Notes under the pieces: generated by a model | What the model saw: only the letters and a program-made list of their open reading frames with translations | Database searches by the model: none | What the model was told of the DNA's origin: nothing | NCBI RefSeq assembly: GCF_000762875.2 | Contig: NZ_JRMP02000005.1 | Span: forward strand, 164,626 to 188,625 | Direction of reading: 5' to 3' | Source of the DNA: Helicobacter saguini | GTDB taxonomy: Bacteria > Campylobacterota > Campylobacteria > Campylobacterales > Helicobacteraceae | Length of the DNA: 24,000 bases | Shown here: in pieces, positions 14,498 to 23,139 of the stretch | Numbering within the stretch: the stretch's first letter is position 1 | Layout: every line of letters begins with the position of its first letter | Translations under genes and position numbers: made by a program

Positions 14498-16600
14498 ATG
14501 TCGTTTTATTCTCGTTTAAGTATCGGGGCGAAAGTCTCGCTAATGGTCGCACTACTCGTTATTTTAGGCATTTCTATTTTGTCGGCTTTCATTCTTATTA
14601 TAAGCAAAAACACGGTTGAAGAAGAAGGACACAAAATCGTAAATCAAGCAAGTTGGCGATACATTAACCGCGTTGAGGGCGTAGCAACTAAAATCATAGA
14701 ATCTATGCTAATTGGCGCAACCACGATAAACTCGCACTTAGAACGCACCGATATTGAAATAATCGACTTAAAAGACGTCATACAAGCCATTCCAAACAAT
14801 GTTAGCGCCCTAACTCACGTCTATTTATACCTGCCAAATTACCACGTGCCTGATGGCAGGGAGTTTGACGACTTTCGCGTAGCAAATGGGCTAGTGATTT
14901 TAGCCGAGCAAAACGCGCAGGGAAATAGCGGTATGGGGACAAAGGCACAGATTATAAAAGCAGAGCCTGGCATTGCAAATTTTATGTCGATAAGACGTAC
15001 CATTGAGAGTAATAAGCCTAGCCTTTCACCGCCGATAAGTATCGATTTTAAAGGGCAAAAGCAATTCGTGCAAGGCTTTGCAGTGCCGATACATAATCGC
15101 AATGGGCAAGTTATCGGCGCACTTGGCGGCTTTGTGAATTTCGAAGTAATCGGTGCGCCCTTTGTGGCAGAACGCGCTAGAATCTTTGAAAATGACCAGC
15201 GATTTATGATTGATGAAAATGGCGTGATTTTGATAAATCAAAATAAGAATTTTATCGGTAAAAAGCTAACTGAAGTAGCCCCCGGTGCGCTAACTGAAGC
15301 CCTTGTGGCTAAGGCTAAAAATGGTGAAGCCGCGATTTTACCTTATAAGACTGCCGCTGGAATTGAAGGCTTGGCTGGTATGCGTAGCGTATCGCCTATT
15401 GAGGGCAGTGGTGCGCAGTGGAATGTTGTCGCGTATATCCCAAATGAGAGCATTTTTGAGCCGCTGCGTGAGCTACTTTGGACGATTGCTGTGTGTTCGC
15501 TAATTGCTACGATTTGTATTATTGTTGGCACTATGCTTTATATTAAATCAAGCGTTGCGTTGCGTATAAAGCTTATTTTGACCACGCTAACCGAAGCCTT
15601 TAAATACATAAATCACGAGACAAACACAAAGCCAAAACTGCTAAAAATCCGCGCACAAGATGAGCTAGGCACAATGGGATTAGAAATCAATGATAATATC
15701 GAGCATACACAGCAAGGAATCGACAAAGATTCTAAAGCGGTGGCTCAAAGTGTGGAAACGGCTAAACGTATAGAATCTGGCGACTTAAGTGCGAGAATTA
15801 GCGAGGAGCCGGCAAATCCGCAGCTTATCCAGCTAAAAAATGTGCTAAATTCTATGCTTGATGTGCTGCAGGGCAAAATCGGTAAGGACACGAATGAAAT
15901 CGCGCGGGTGTTTGATAGCTACACGCGTCTTGATTTTACAACTGAGGTGCGTGACGCACAGGGTCGCGTGGAGGTTGTCACGAATACTTTGGGTGGCGTA
16001 ATCCGCGAAATGCTTACTACGAGCGCTAAGTTTGCAAATGATTTGAGCGAAAAATCTAAAGACTTAGAATCTGCGGTGCATACACTAAAAGAATCAGCCG
16101 ATAAACAGGCGTCTAACCTAGAGCAGACCGCCACTGCAGTAGAGCAAATCACAAGCTCAATGCAAAGCGTGAGCGGTAGGACAAGCGAAGTTATCGGGCA
16201 AAGCGAAGATATAAAAAATGTAATCGGCATAATTAGGGACATCGCAGACCAAACGAATTTGTTGGCACTAAATGCGGCTATTGAAGCAGCGCGTGCGGGC
16301 GAACATGGTCGCGGCTTTGCTGTGGTCGCTGATGAAGTGCGGAAACTAGCAGAGCGAACGCAAAAGTCACTTGGCGAAATTGAAGCCAACACAAACGTGC
16401 TGGTGCAGTCAATCAATGATATGGCTGAATCTATCAAGGAACAAGCCACAGGCATCGAGCAAATCAATAACTCAATCTCGCAATTAGAATCTGTAACGCA
16501 GCAAAATACCCAAATCGCCGCCAACTCACAAGAAATCTCCACCGCCGTAGAAACCATAGCAAAGGAAATCTTGGATGATGTGAATAAAAAGAAATTTTAG
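14498..16600 (+). CDS. Methyl-accepting chemotaxis protein (N-terminal TM, periplasmic Cache-like sensor, HAMP, MCP signalling domain)
   Basis: Highly conserved signalling hairpin [40 protein letters not shown], with two TM segments. The start is moved to ATG 14498, which has an AAGGA RBS, from the tracked TTG at 14480. Confidence 0.9.
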   Translation: MSFYSRLSIGAKVSLMVALLVILGISILSAFILIISKNTVEEEGHKIVNQASWRYINRVEGVATKIIESMLIGATTINSHLERTDIEIIDLKDVIQAIPNNVSALTHVYLYLPNYHVPDGREFDDFRVANGLVILAEQNAQGNSGMGTKAQIIKAEPGIANFMSIRRTIESNKPSLSPPISIDFKGQKQFVQGFAVPIHNRNGQVIGALGGFVNFEVIGAPFVAERARIFENDQRFMIDENGVILINQNKNFIGKKLTEVAPGALTEALVAKAKNGEAAILPYKTAAGIEGLAGMRSVSPIEGSGAQWNVVAYIPNESIFEPLRELLWTIAVCSLIATICIIVGTMLYIKSSVALRIKLILTTLTEAFKYINHETNTKPKLLKIRAQDELGTMGLEINDNIEHTQQGIDKDSKAVAQSVETAKRIESGDLSARISEEPANPQLIQLKNVLNSMLDVLQGKIGKDTNEIARVFDSYTRLDFTTEVRDAQGRVEVVTNTLGGVIREMLTTSAKFANDLSEKSKDLESAVHTLKESADKQASNLEQTATAVEQITSSMQSVSGRTSEVIGQSEDIKNVIGIIRDIADQTNLLALNAAIEAARAGEHGRGFAVVADEVRKLAERTQKSLGEIEANTNVLVQSINDMAESIKEQATGIEQINNSISQLESVTQQNTQIAANSQEISTAVETIAKEILDDVNKKKF

Positions 16601-16738
16601 AATCTAAAAAATATTCTGCGTTCAATCTAATATTGCAACTCTTGCCAACTATTCAACAAAGGTTTCTTTACAAAGTTATACACCGATTAACAACTATCAT
16701 ACAAAGAACTATAAACAAGATTCTATAAAGTTTGGGAG

Positions 16739-17290
16739 TTAAAAGGCGATGTTAAGTGGGATGTTAATATTGCCATGATAGTTCTTAAATATCGCACTGC
16801 AAAGGTTTGAAGTCACCGCACGATTGAAATTTATCTGCAAAAAATTCACCCCATCAAAGCGAATACTAAGGCAGTCATTTGCGCTATCTAGCACGCCATT
16901 ATTTGCAATTTTCAGGCTATCGCCACTTGCAATCCAGCGTTGTGGCGAAAGATTTAGATGCGAAATTAGCCACTGCGGACTTGCGTTTTGGACGGCAAAA
17001 GCGTTTGTGATGGCGTATTCTTGCGTGCTTGAAATGATGGTTTGAATGTCATTTTGGATGGCGACTGCAAGGGCATTTGTGCGAGAAAAGCTAATGCGTG
17101 GCAGGGCAAGACTAGCCAAGATTCCCAAAATCACAAGGACAAATAAAAGCTCCATCATACTAAAAGCATTTGAATACTTATGATTTATAGAATCTTTTGT
17201 AGTTTTTTTTAGGATTTTAGTAATATTAGATTCTATAATATTATAAATTTTGGATATTTTGCGATATAAAATTTGTTTAATTTTTTGCAT
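16739..17290 (-). CDS. Prepilin-type N-terminal cleavage/methylation domain protein (type IV pilin / pseudopilin-like)
   Basis: NA|FSMMELLFVLVILGILASLALP has Glu at +5 and a hydrophobic helix, plus a C-terminal Cys pair (DCLSIRF...NLCSAIF). The leader is unusually long (about 42 aa) and carries two AGAWTCT copies, so the true start is uncertain. Confidence 0.7.
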   Translation of the reverse strand: MQKIKQILYRKISKIYNIIESNITKILKKTTKDSINHKYSNAFSMMELLFVLVILGILASLALPRISFSRTNALAVAIQNDIQTIISSTQEYAITNAFAVQNASPQWLISHLNLSPQRWIASGDSLKIANNGVLDSANDCLSIRFDGVNFLQINFNRAVTSNLCSAIFKNYHGNINIPLNIAF

Positions 17291-17404
17291 TTTTAGCCTT
17301 GTTTTAACAGAAAATAACTAAGATTCTATCATATTTGGTAATATTTCATTAAAGATTTCATTAAAAATATTATAAATTTATATTTGAAAGTAACCATTTA
17401 TACC

Positions 17405-18097
17405 CTACTTAGAATCTAATCTCACATTTAGTTTGTAGTTATCATCTCCAACGCGCACATGCAAGATAAAATCGCCCTCTTTCAAAAGCGAATATGGGAA
17501 CAAAACAAAGCCGCTTTTTGGCTCATTTTTTTTCAAGGAATTTTGCCGCAAATAATGCGCCATCAAAATGCGTCTGCCACGCCGCTCACGCTCTTGGATA
17601 GCATACATATTCGCCCTTGAAAATGAATAATCATAAAATCCATAGCCATAACCAAAGCCATAGTAAAATGGGTAGTAGAATGGATAATACGCCGCTGGGC
17701 TAAAAAATGTGTTTTCCACGCGCACATTTGGGCTAGGCACTTCGATTCCAAAGTCGCCCAAAGCTGAAGTCACGCTAATATCGCTATTTTTAAGCTGCTT
17801 AAAACTTAGCGGACGCACAGCCACGCCATTCATATCGCCGCTCACATCGTGGTCGCTAAACATCACCTCGCCATCAGTCAAATTTTCCACGATGATATAC
17901 ACCAAAAGCGGATTATTATCCATCCCGCCGATGTCATCTTGGGCGATTTCAAATTGAATCTTGCTATTTTGCGTTTTATCTTTTATAATCGCAATGCCAT
18001 TGTTGTAGCCACCGACCTTTTCAGGCTTTACAATGAGCTTAGAACACCCACTCAAAACAATCGCAAACACGATAAAAATATAGAATCTAATAAACAT
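17405..18097 (-). CDS. Lipoprotein of unknown function with a Tyr/Gly/Phe-rich repeat
   Basis: MFIRFYIFIVFAIVLSGC lipobox. AAGGGGTGG RBS upstream of ATG 18097, and the tracked start at 18154 is rejected. The segment YYPFYYPFYYGFGYGYGFYDY is encoded at 17627-17689. Confidence 0.6.
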   Translation of the reverse strand: MFIRFYIFIVFAIVLSGCSKLIVKPEKVGGYNNGIAIIKDKTQNSKIQFEIAQDDIGGMDNNPLLVYIIVENLTDGEVMFSDHDVSGDMNGVAVRPLSFKQLKNSDISVTSALGDFGIEVPSPNVRVENTFFSPAAYYPFYYPFYYGFGYGYGFYDYSFSRANMYAIQERERRGRRILMAHYLRQNSLKKNEPKSGFVLFPYSLLKEGDFILHVRVGDDNYKLNVRLDSK

Positions 18098-18441
18098 TTT
18101 CCACCCCTTTTTTGAATTAGATTCTATAATTTTAGCTGAAAAGCTATTTAACATTTGTTAGTTTAAAAATATGGTTTAAATAAAGATGTTATAAGATTAC
18201 TTAAAATCTAAGCACTAATTTTATACGCAAAATAAAGCTATATTGAAAAACTTAAAAACACATTGCAAAAAGCAGATTTTACTTGGAATCTTTTTTGCTT
18301 TTTTACCTGAAACTTTAAGTAAGCTTTAATAAAACTGCAATAAATAGGTAAAAAATTAGAAATATTACAATATAATTTCATTGTAATAACTTTTTATCTA
18401 TTCTCAAAGTTTTAAAATTTATAACTTTTATGGAGATTTTT

Positions 18442-19071
18442 ATGAATCTTAAGTTTTCTTTAAGGTGCGTTGTGTTGCCTTACGCACTCATTTTAGGATT
18501 TTTGCCCCCCCATTTGTACGCTGATGACGCGGCTACTAATAGCGCCGGAAATAGCGGTAATAGCGATGTTTCTAAGCTTGAGCTGGCTGGAAATGACTCC
18601 TTTGGCTATGACATCGGCAATAAGATTCGCGCGGCAAAATCAAGCTTTAACATCGGTATCGGCGCAAATTTGCTACACGAAAATAACAAAGTGCATTTCA
18701 ACGCAAGCGTGATAGCTGGCTATAGCTACTTTTGGCATAAGACCTTTGGACTGCGTGGCTATGGGCTTTTTGACAATCGCTACAATGGATTTTATGGTGC
18801 GGCTGGCGTGGATGTTATGTGGGATTTTCTGCAGTTTGAGCCTTTTGGGGTTGGGGTTATTGTTGGGAGTTCGCTAGGCTATTCTGGGCTTTATGGCGAT
18901 GGTGTGGGTGGCTTTTTAGCCCAAGCTCATCTTGGTTTTAGCCTTATTTTTGATAGTGGAAAGTCGCGTTTAGAGGCACTCGCGCGTCTGCCATACAACA
19001 AAGTGCATATGCTAAATGACTTTAAAAATGTCGGCGTAACTTATGTAATTATGTATTCTTATACATTCTAG
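18442..19071 (+). CDS. Small outer-membrane beta-barrel protein
   Basis: Signal peptide MNLKFSLRCVVLPYALILGFLPPHLYA. Alternating aromatic/Gly beta-strand pattern. C-terminal YSYTF ends in a terminal Phe. GGAG RBS before ATG 18442. Confidence 0.65.
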   Translation: MNLKFSLRCVVLPYALILGFLPPHLYADDAATNSAGNSGNSDVSKLELAGNDSFGYDIGNKIRAAKSSFNIGIGANLLHENNKVHFNASVIAGYSYFWHKTFGLRGYGLFDNRYNGFYGAAGVDVMWDFLQFEPFGVGVIVGSSLGYSGLYGDGVGGFLAQAHLGFSLIFDSGKSRLEALARLPYNKVHMLNDFKNVGVTYVIMYSYTF

Positions 19072-19119
19072 ATTCTGTAATTTTTAGGCTTAAAAGTTAT
19101 AAATTTTAAAAGGGCAAAA

Positions 19120-19812
19120 ATGAAAACAATCGCGGCAAATTTAAAGGCAAATCACACTCCAAAAAGCATAATCACTTATTTGAATAACTTAGAATCTAAA
19201 GTTAGTAAAATCGATACTAAAAATGTAGAAATTATCATTTTTCCTAACCAAGCCTGCTTACAAGATAACACATTTCCTAACTTTAATCTAGGCGCACAAA
19301 ACGCATATCCAGCCAAAAATGGCGCATTTAGCGGTGAGATAGGCTTAGAAGTTTTGCAGAGCCTAAACATTAATCACATTATGCTAGGGCATAGCGAGAG
19401 ACGCGGTATTTTGGGCGAAAGCGATGAGTTTATTTGCCAAAAGTTTGAGTTTTTTGCGGCGGCGAATATGCGGATAATGCTATGCGTGGGCGAAGATTCT
19501 AATATCAAAAAGCAGGGCAAAATCGCGCAGTTTTTAGAATCTCAACTAGCAAAAATTGATACAAGCTATCCGCTTTTAACCATTGCTTATGAGCCGCTGT
19601 GGGCGATAGGAAGTGGCGTGACGCCGACTTTAAGCGAGATTGAAAGCGTGGTAAAAATTTTACAGAATCTAAATTGCAAAAAGATTCTATATGGCGGCAG
19701 CGTGAGTGAAAAAAATATGCGTGAAATATGTTCTGTGGCTGATGGCGTTTTGGTTGGGAGCGCGAGTTTAGATTCTAATAATTTTGCGAATATGATAAGT
19801 AAGGTGGTTTAG
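19120..19812 (+). CDS. tpiA: Triosephosphate isomerase
   Basis: Contains GHSERR, AYEPLWAIGSG and YGGSV, and is 230 aa long. Confidence 0.9.
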   Translation: MKTIAANLKANHTPKSIITYLNNLESKVSKIDTKNVEIIIFPNQACLQDNTFPNFNLGAQNAYPAKNGAFSGEIGLEVLQSLNINHIMLGHSERRGILGESDEFICQKFEFFAAANMRIMLCVGEDSNIKKQGKIAQFLESQLAKIDTSYPLLTIAYEPLWAIGSGVTPTLSEIESVVKILQNLNCKKILYGGSVSEKNMREICSVADGVLVGSASLDSNNFANMISKVV

Positions 19813-20035
19813 AATACACCTTAAAGGCTTTTTATATAATCTAAATTATCTCTTATAATTAGTTAAATTCATGTTTTTTTAATAAAAGTTTTAGATTTTT
19901 TTAGAATCTAGAAGCTGATTTTATAAATTTTTTAGATTCTAAGAATGTATAGAATCTAAAAACTAAACTTTAGTGTTTAATAAAGTTTAAATATTTTTAG
20001 AACTTTAATTTTTATAAAGATGGTATATATTCTAT

Positions 20036-20124
20036 GTCATTGCGTTGGCATTGCCTAAGTATTCCATACGTTAATAGAAAAATAGATTGCTACGAAATTT
20101 CTTGCGAAAAATCCATTAATGACG
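20036..20124. repeat. Degenerate copies of the GTCATTGCG...GCAATC / GATTGC...ATGACG hairpin repeat family
   Basis: GTCATTGCGTTGGCATTGCC at 20036-20055 and AGATTGCTACG...CCATTAATGACG at 20084-20124. The following GACGTGTT matches 23261-23268. Confidence 0.5.
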
Positions 20125-20334
20125 TGTTTATAGAATCTAGATTCTATGTGAATGCGAGAGCAGAATGGTTTTAAGCATTTCTGTGGCAATTTTTAAGCTT
20201 TCTTTAAGATTTTGAAAGTATAACATAAAAAAAGCTATATGTATATAAAAAATTGAAAATTTTTACATATATATATCATTTTTTCTAAAATTTATGATAT
20301 AGTTTTGTCTATGAAAAACATTAAGGCATTTTGA

Positions 20335-20454
20335 ATGATTGGTAATTGGATTTTTCTAGGCATTTCATTTGGTGCTTTGGTGTTTAGTTTTGTGTATTTG
20401 GCTGTTGCTCTTGAGAAGTCAAATAGCAAAAGTGTGAAAAATAAGAATGATTAA
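20335..20454 (+). CDS. Candidate small membrane protein (39 aa), absent from the supplied ORF track
   Basis: ATG..TAA ORF encoding MIGNWIFLGISFGALVFSFVYLAVALEKSNSKSVKNKND: one TM helix plus a basic tail. It ends 10 nt before the next gene's ATG. Confidence 0.35.
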   Translation: MIGNWIFLGISFGALVFSFVYLAVALEKSNSKSVKNKND

Positions 20455-20464
20455 AGGGTATTGT

Positions 20465-20848
20465 ATGTTTAGGATTTCAAATGTTTCTAAGAAAATGGTG
20501 GGGGTTTGTGCTTTATTTTCTACTTTATTTATTTTTAATGCGTGTGGGGATAGTGAAAGTGATTTGAAAAATTTAGCACTTGAGAAATGTAAAGAAAAAG
20601 CCGAATCTTTATTAAACAATAAATATTTCCCTTATGAAAAAGTTACAAATACTGAAATAATATCTTTTGAAAAAAACGATAAAAGAAAAGACGAATTTTA
20701 TAAAGCTGAATGCAAAATAGGCTATGTTTTGAATAAGGATTATGGCGAGAGTAAAAAAGGGGATAATTATTTTCAAAAAAGTTCTATTTTTGTTAAAAAA
20801 TCGTTTGATAATGCCACAGGTAAAGATAAATGGGTAGCTTATTATTAA
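20465..20848 (+). CDS. Lipoprotein of unknown function
   Basis: MFRISNVSKKMVGVCALFSTLFIFNAC lipobox-like signal. AAAGGG lies 6 nt upstream of ATG 20465. Confidence 0.5.
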   Translation: MFRISNVSKKMVGVCALFSTLFIFNACGDSESDLKNLALEKCKEKAESLLNNKYFPYEKVTNTEIISFEKNDKRKDEFYKAECKIGYVLNKDYGESKKGDNYFQKSSIFVKKSFDNATGKDKWVAYY

Positions 20849-20869
20849 TGCTATAAGTCAATACAAATT

Positions 20870-21997
20870 TTATTTTTGTTTTCCTTTGCTATTATCCATG
20901 TGCGGTGTAGCAGAAGCTGTAAAAGCTCCGCTCATTAATTGCTCTCGTCTTGCGTTTTTAGCTCCTTCGTTTTGTCCAGCCATTTTTTGAGCCATACCTT
21001 CCATTCCCACCATAGCCAAACCTGCTGAAGCCATTCTCCTACCTAAGCCATTCTTTTGACCTGTATTGTGATTTATATCGCTACCTGATTTGCTAAATTG
21101 CTTCATTCCTTTCATAGCCATTCCACCAGCTCCAGCCACTGCTCCTGCGACTCCTGTTTTATGGTCTCCACTAGCACTTCCTACGATTGCTTGACACCAC
21201 GCTGGAATCTTGCTAAGTAATGCTATTCCTATTAAAGTTACTATAATTGGCGTTAAACATATAACTGCAACTTGTGTATCTGGCGTATTTTCATTTAATT
21301 GCATATTCCTTGAAGATTCTAAACCTAACATTATAGCTCCACCTACTAACCAAGCTAAAGGAGCTTGTAAAGCAGTGCTAACATATAATTTAAACCACGA
21401 CCAAAAATATCCACGCAAAGGCTGAATCACTAAGCAAGGTAACATAATAGGACAAAGTGATAAAATAAGCAATGCCGCAAATTTTATAAGTATTGTAAAT
21501 ATAACTATAAAGACAATAAACAACATCATAACCACCCACAAAAGCATCGCCATTAATGCGTAAATATATGTTGAAGCTTCATCCCAAGTCCATTTTTGTA
21601 ACATTCCACCTACTACTTCATTTAACCAAGTTATTAAAGTATCTACGCCATTTGCTAGATTCATACTACTACCACTACCTTTTATAGCACCATAAAACCA
21701 TTCTAAAGGTGTAACTAAAATATTTAATGCTTCCTTAAAAACTTCAAATGAGCTATAAATTGCACAAATTATTGCATAAGTAACAAGCCATACGCCCATT
21801 TTATAAAAGTCTTCTTTGTTCCATTCCTTGCCTATTTTTGTGTAAATAAATACGCATAAAGTTATTGTTAAAATAGCTATTGATAAGTAGCTTGTAAATA
21901 AATCTTTAGCCCATGTAAATAATGTTTCTTGCATTGTTACTGCTACATTACCTACTGCGGATTCCACGCTATGATAAAGTCCTTGATTTTGTGCCAT
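20870..21997 (-). CDS. Type IV secretion inner-membrane protein, VirB6/TrbL-like
   Basis: 375 aa with multiple TM helices and a Gly/Ala/Met-rich C-terminal tail as in TrbL. Located downstream of VirB11 and a VirB5/TrbJ-like gene. AAGGA RBS present. Confidence 0.55.
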   Translation of the reverse strand: MAQNQGLYHSVESAVGNVAVTMQETLFTWAKDLFTSYLSIAILTITLCVFIYTKIGKEWNKEDFYKMGVWLVTYAIICAIYSSFEVFKEALNILVTPLEWFYGAIKGSGSSMNLANGVDTLITWLNEVVGGMLQKWTWDEASTYIYALMAMLLWVVMMLFIVFIVIFTILIKFAALLILSLCPIMLPCLVIQPLRGYFWSWFKLYVSTALQAPLAWLVGGAIMLGLESSRNMQLNENTPDTQVAVICLTPIIVTLIGIALLSKIPAWCQAIVGSASGDHKTGVAGAVAGAGGMAMKGMKQFSKSGSDINHNTGQKNGLGRRMASAGLAMVGMEGMAQKMAGQNEGAKNARREQLMSGAFTASATPHMDNSKGKQK

Positions 21998-22008
21998 TTT
22001 TTATCCTT

Positions 22009-22140
22009 TTATCCTAAGATTTTTAGAATCAATCTAATAAGAGTCCATACCCAACCGCATTTTACTATTAGCAATACGAATAATATAACTAATACTACTA
22101 ATGCTATTTCATCGCTATAAAACCATTCAACAAGAAACAT
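22009..22140 (-). CDS. Candidate small T4SS-associated membrane protein (43 aa), absent from the supplied ORF track
   Basis: ORF encoding MFLVEWFYSDEIALVVLVILFVLLIVKCGWVWTLIRLILKILG. AAGGA RBS 7 nt upstream. It exactly fills the gap between the TrbJ-like and TrbL-like genes, the position of TrbK or other small subunits. Confidence 0.45.
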   Translation of the reverse strand: MFLVEWFYSDEIALVVLVILFVLLIVKCGWVWTLIRLILKILG

Positions 22141-22151
22141 TTAAAATCCTT

Positions 22152-23129
22152 TTAAAAATCACAATATTTGCTTTTAGCGGTCATATAATTTGGAAAACCA
22201 AAGGCATCTCGTTCTACTTCCTTACAATTCTCCATTGCTCTATTAAACTTAGAATCTAATTTTAAATCATCGTTATTTTCTTTCTTTTCTATCTTTGTAT
22301 CATAGATTTGATTAGTTTGTTGCATAATTGTCGCCATCATATTGCTCGTATTTTGCATTAAATCATATTGTTTTATCAAAATATCAAGCATCATTTGTTG
22401 GACTTTTACTGCTATTTCTCTTTGTTCTTTTTCGGTTTTACCCGACATATTTTCTACCTCTTTTTCTAAATTTTCGCCTTGCTCTTTTAGCTTTTTCCTT
22501 TCACCCTCTTGCGAATTATCATAAGCTTTATATCCGCTACTTATCTTTGCAATCGTTGCGTATTGCGTTTGTATTTGATTGTTTTTGATTTTTTTTCTAT
22601 TGTCTTGGATTTCTTTCATTTTGTTATTAAAGCAAGTATCATCGCCATCAATCAAGCATTGCTGGGCTTCAGTTAGGCTTTTTTGCTCTAAATGCTGTTG
22701 CACTTTTTTATCACCTATTAGTTCGGCACAGGCTTGAATCTCGGCAAATTTATTTTCGACTAAGCCTTTATAATCTTTTGCTTTTTCTTTGATAAGGTTT
22801 GCAAATTGTTGATTATCCTTAAGAATGTTGCAATCATTTTGCAATTTATTCCACAAATTATCAAGGTTTGTCATTTGCTCGACTTGCTCTTTCATTTGAT
22901 TTATTTCATCCCAGCCCTGCTTTAACTGATTAACAAAAGCGTTTATTTTTGTTAAATCAATACCTGCGGCGGCTAGTTGCTTTTCAAACATCATCATTTC
23001 TTTTATTTGGTCGACGTAGCTTGTGATTTGCTGTGTTAAGCCTGTGAAGTCGAATACAGGTAAGTTTGCATGTGCTGTTTGTATGCTTAAGCTTATGCTT
23101 AAAATTGAACTTATTAGAATCTTTTTCAT
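22152..23129 (-). CDS. Type IV secretion periplasmic/pilus-associated protein, VirB5/TrbJ-like
   Basis: Signal peptide MKKILISSILSISLSIQTAHA followed by NLPVFDFTGLTQQITSYVDQIK, which resembles the TrbJ/VirB5 N-terminal motif, then long coiled-coil sequence. GGAGA RBS present. Confidence 0.5.
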   Translation of the reverse strand: MKKILISSILSISLSIQTAHANLPVFDFTGLTQQITSYVDQIKEMMMFEKQLAAAGIDLTKINAFVNQLKQGWDEINQMKEQVEQMTNLDNLWNKLQNDCNILKDNQQFANLIKEKAKDYKGLVENKFAEIQACAELIGDKKVQQHLEQKSLTEAQQCLIDGDDTCFNNKMKEIQDNRKKIKNNQIQTQYATIAKISSGYKAYDNSQEGERKKLKEQGENLEKEVENMSGKTEKEQREIAVKVQQMMLDILIKQYDLMQNTSNMMATIMQQTNQIYDTKIEKKENNDDLKLDSKFNRAMENCKEVERDAFGFPNYMTAKSKYCDF

Positions 23130-23139
23130 GGTTGTCTCC

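Noticed and set aside
15919-16557. 212-aa antisense ORF inside the chemoreceptor gene
   Set aside because: It lies opposite the most conserved MCP signalling domain and has an Ala/Ser/Cys-rich composition typical of a shadow frame. It has no RBS or recognisable motifs. The same applies to 14839-15102, 15026-15241, 15303-15503 and 15343-15531.
18220-18300. Rho-independent terminator-like sequence (GCAAAAAG...CTTTTTTGC followed by a T-run) and the ATTACAAT/ATTGTAAT dyad at 18364-18387 upstream of the OMP gene
   Set aside because: The stems are short and AT-rich in a very AT-rich spacer, so they could easily arise by chance. They are not reported as features.
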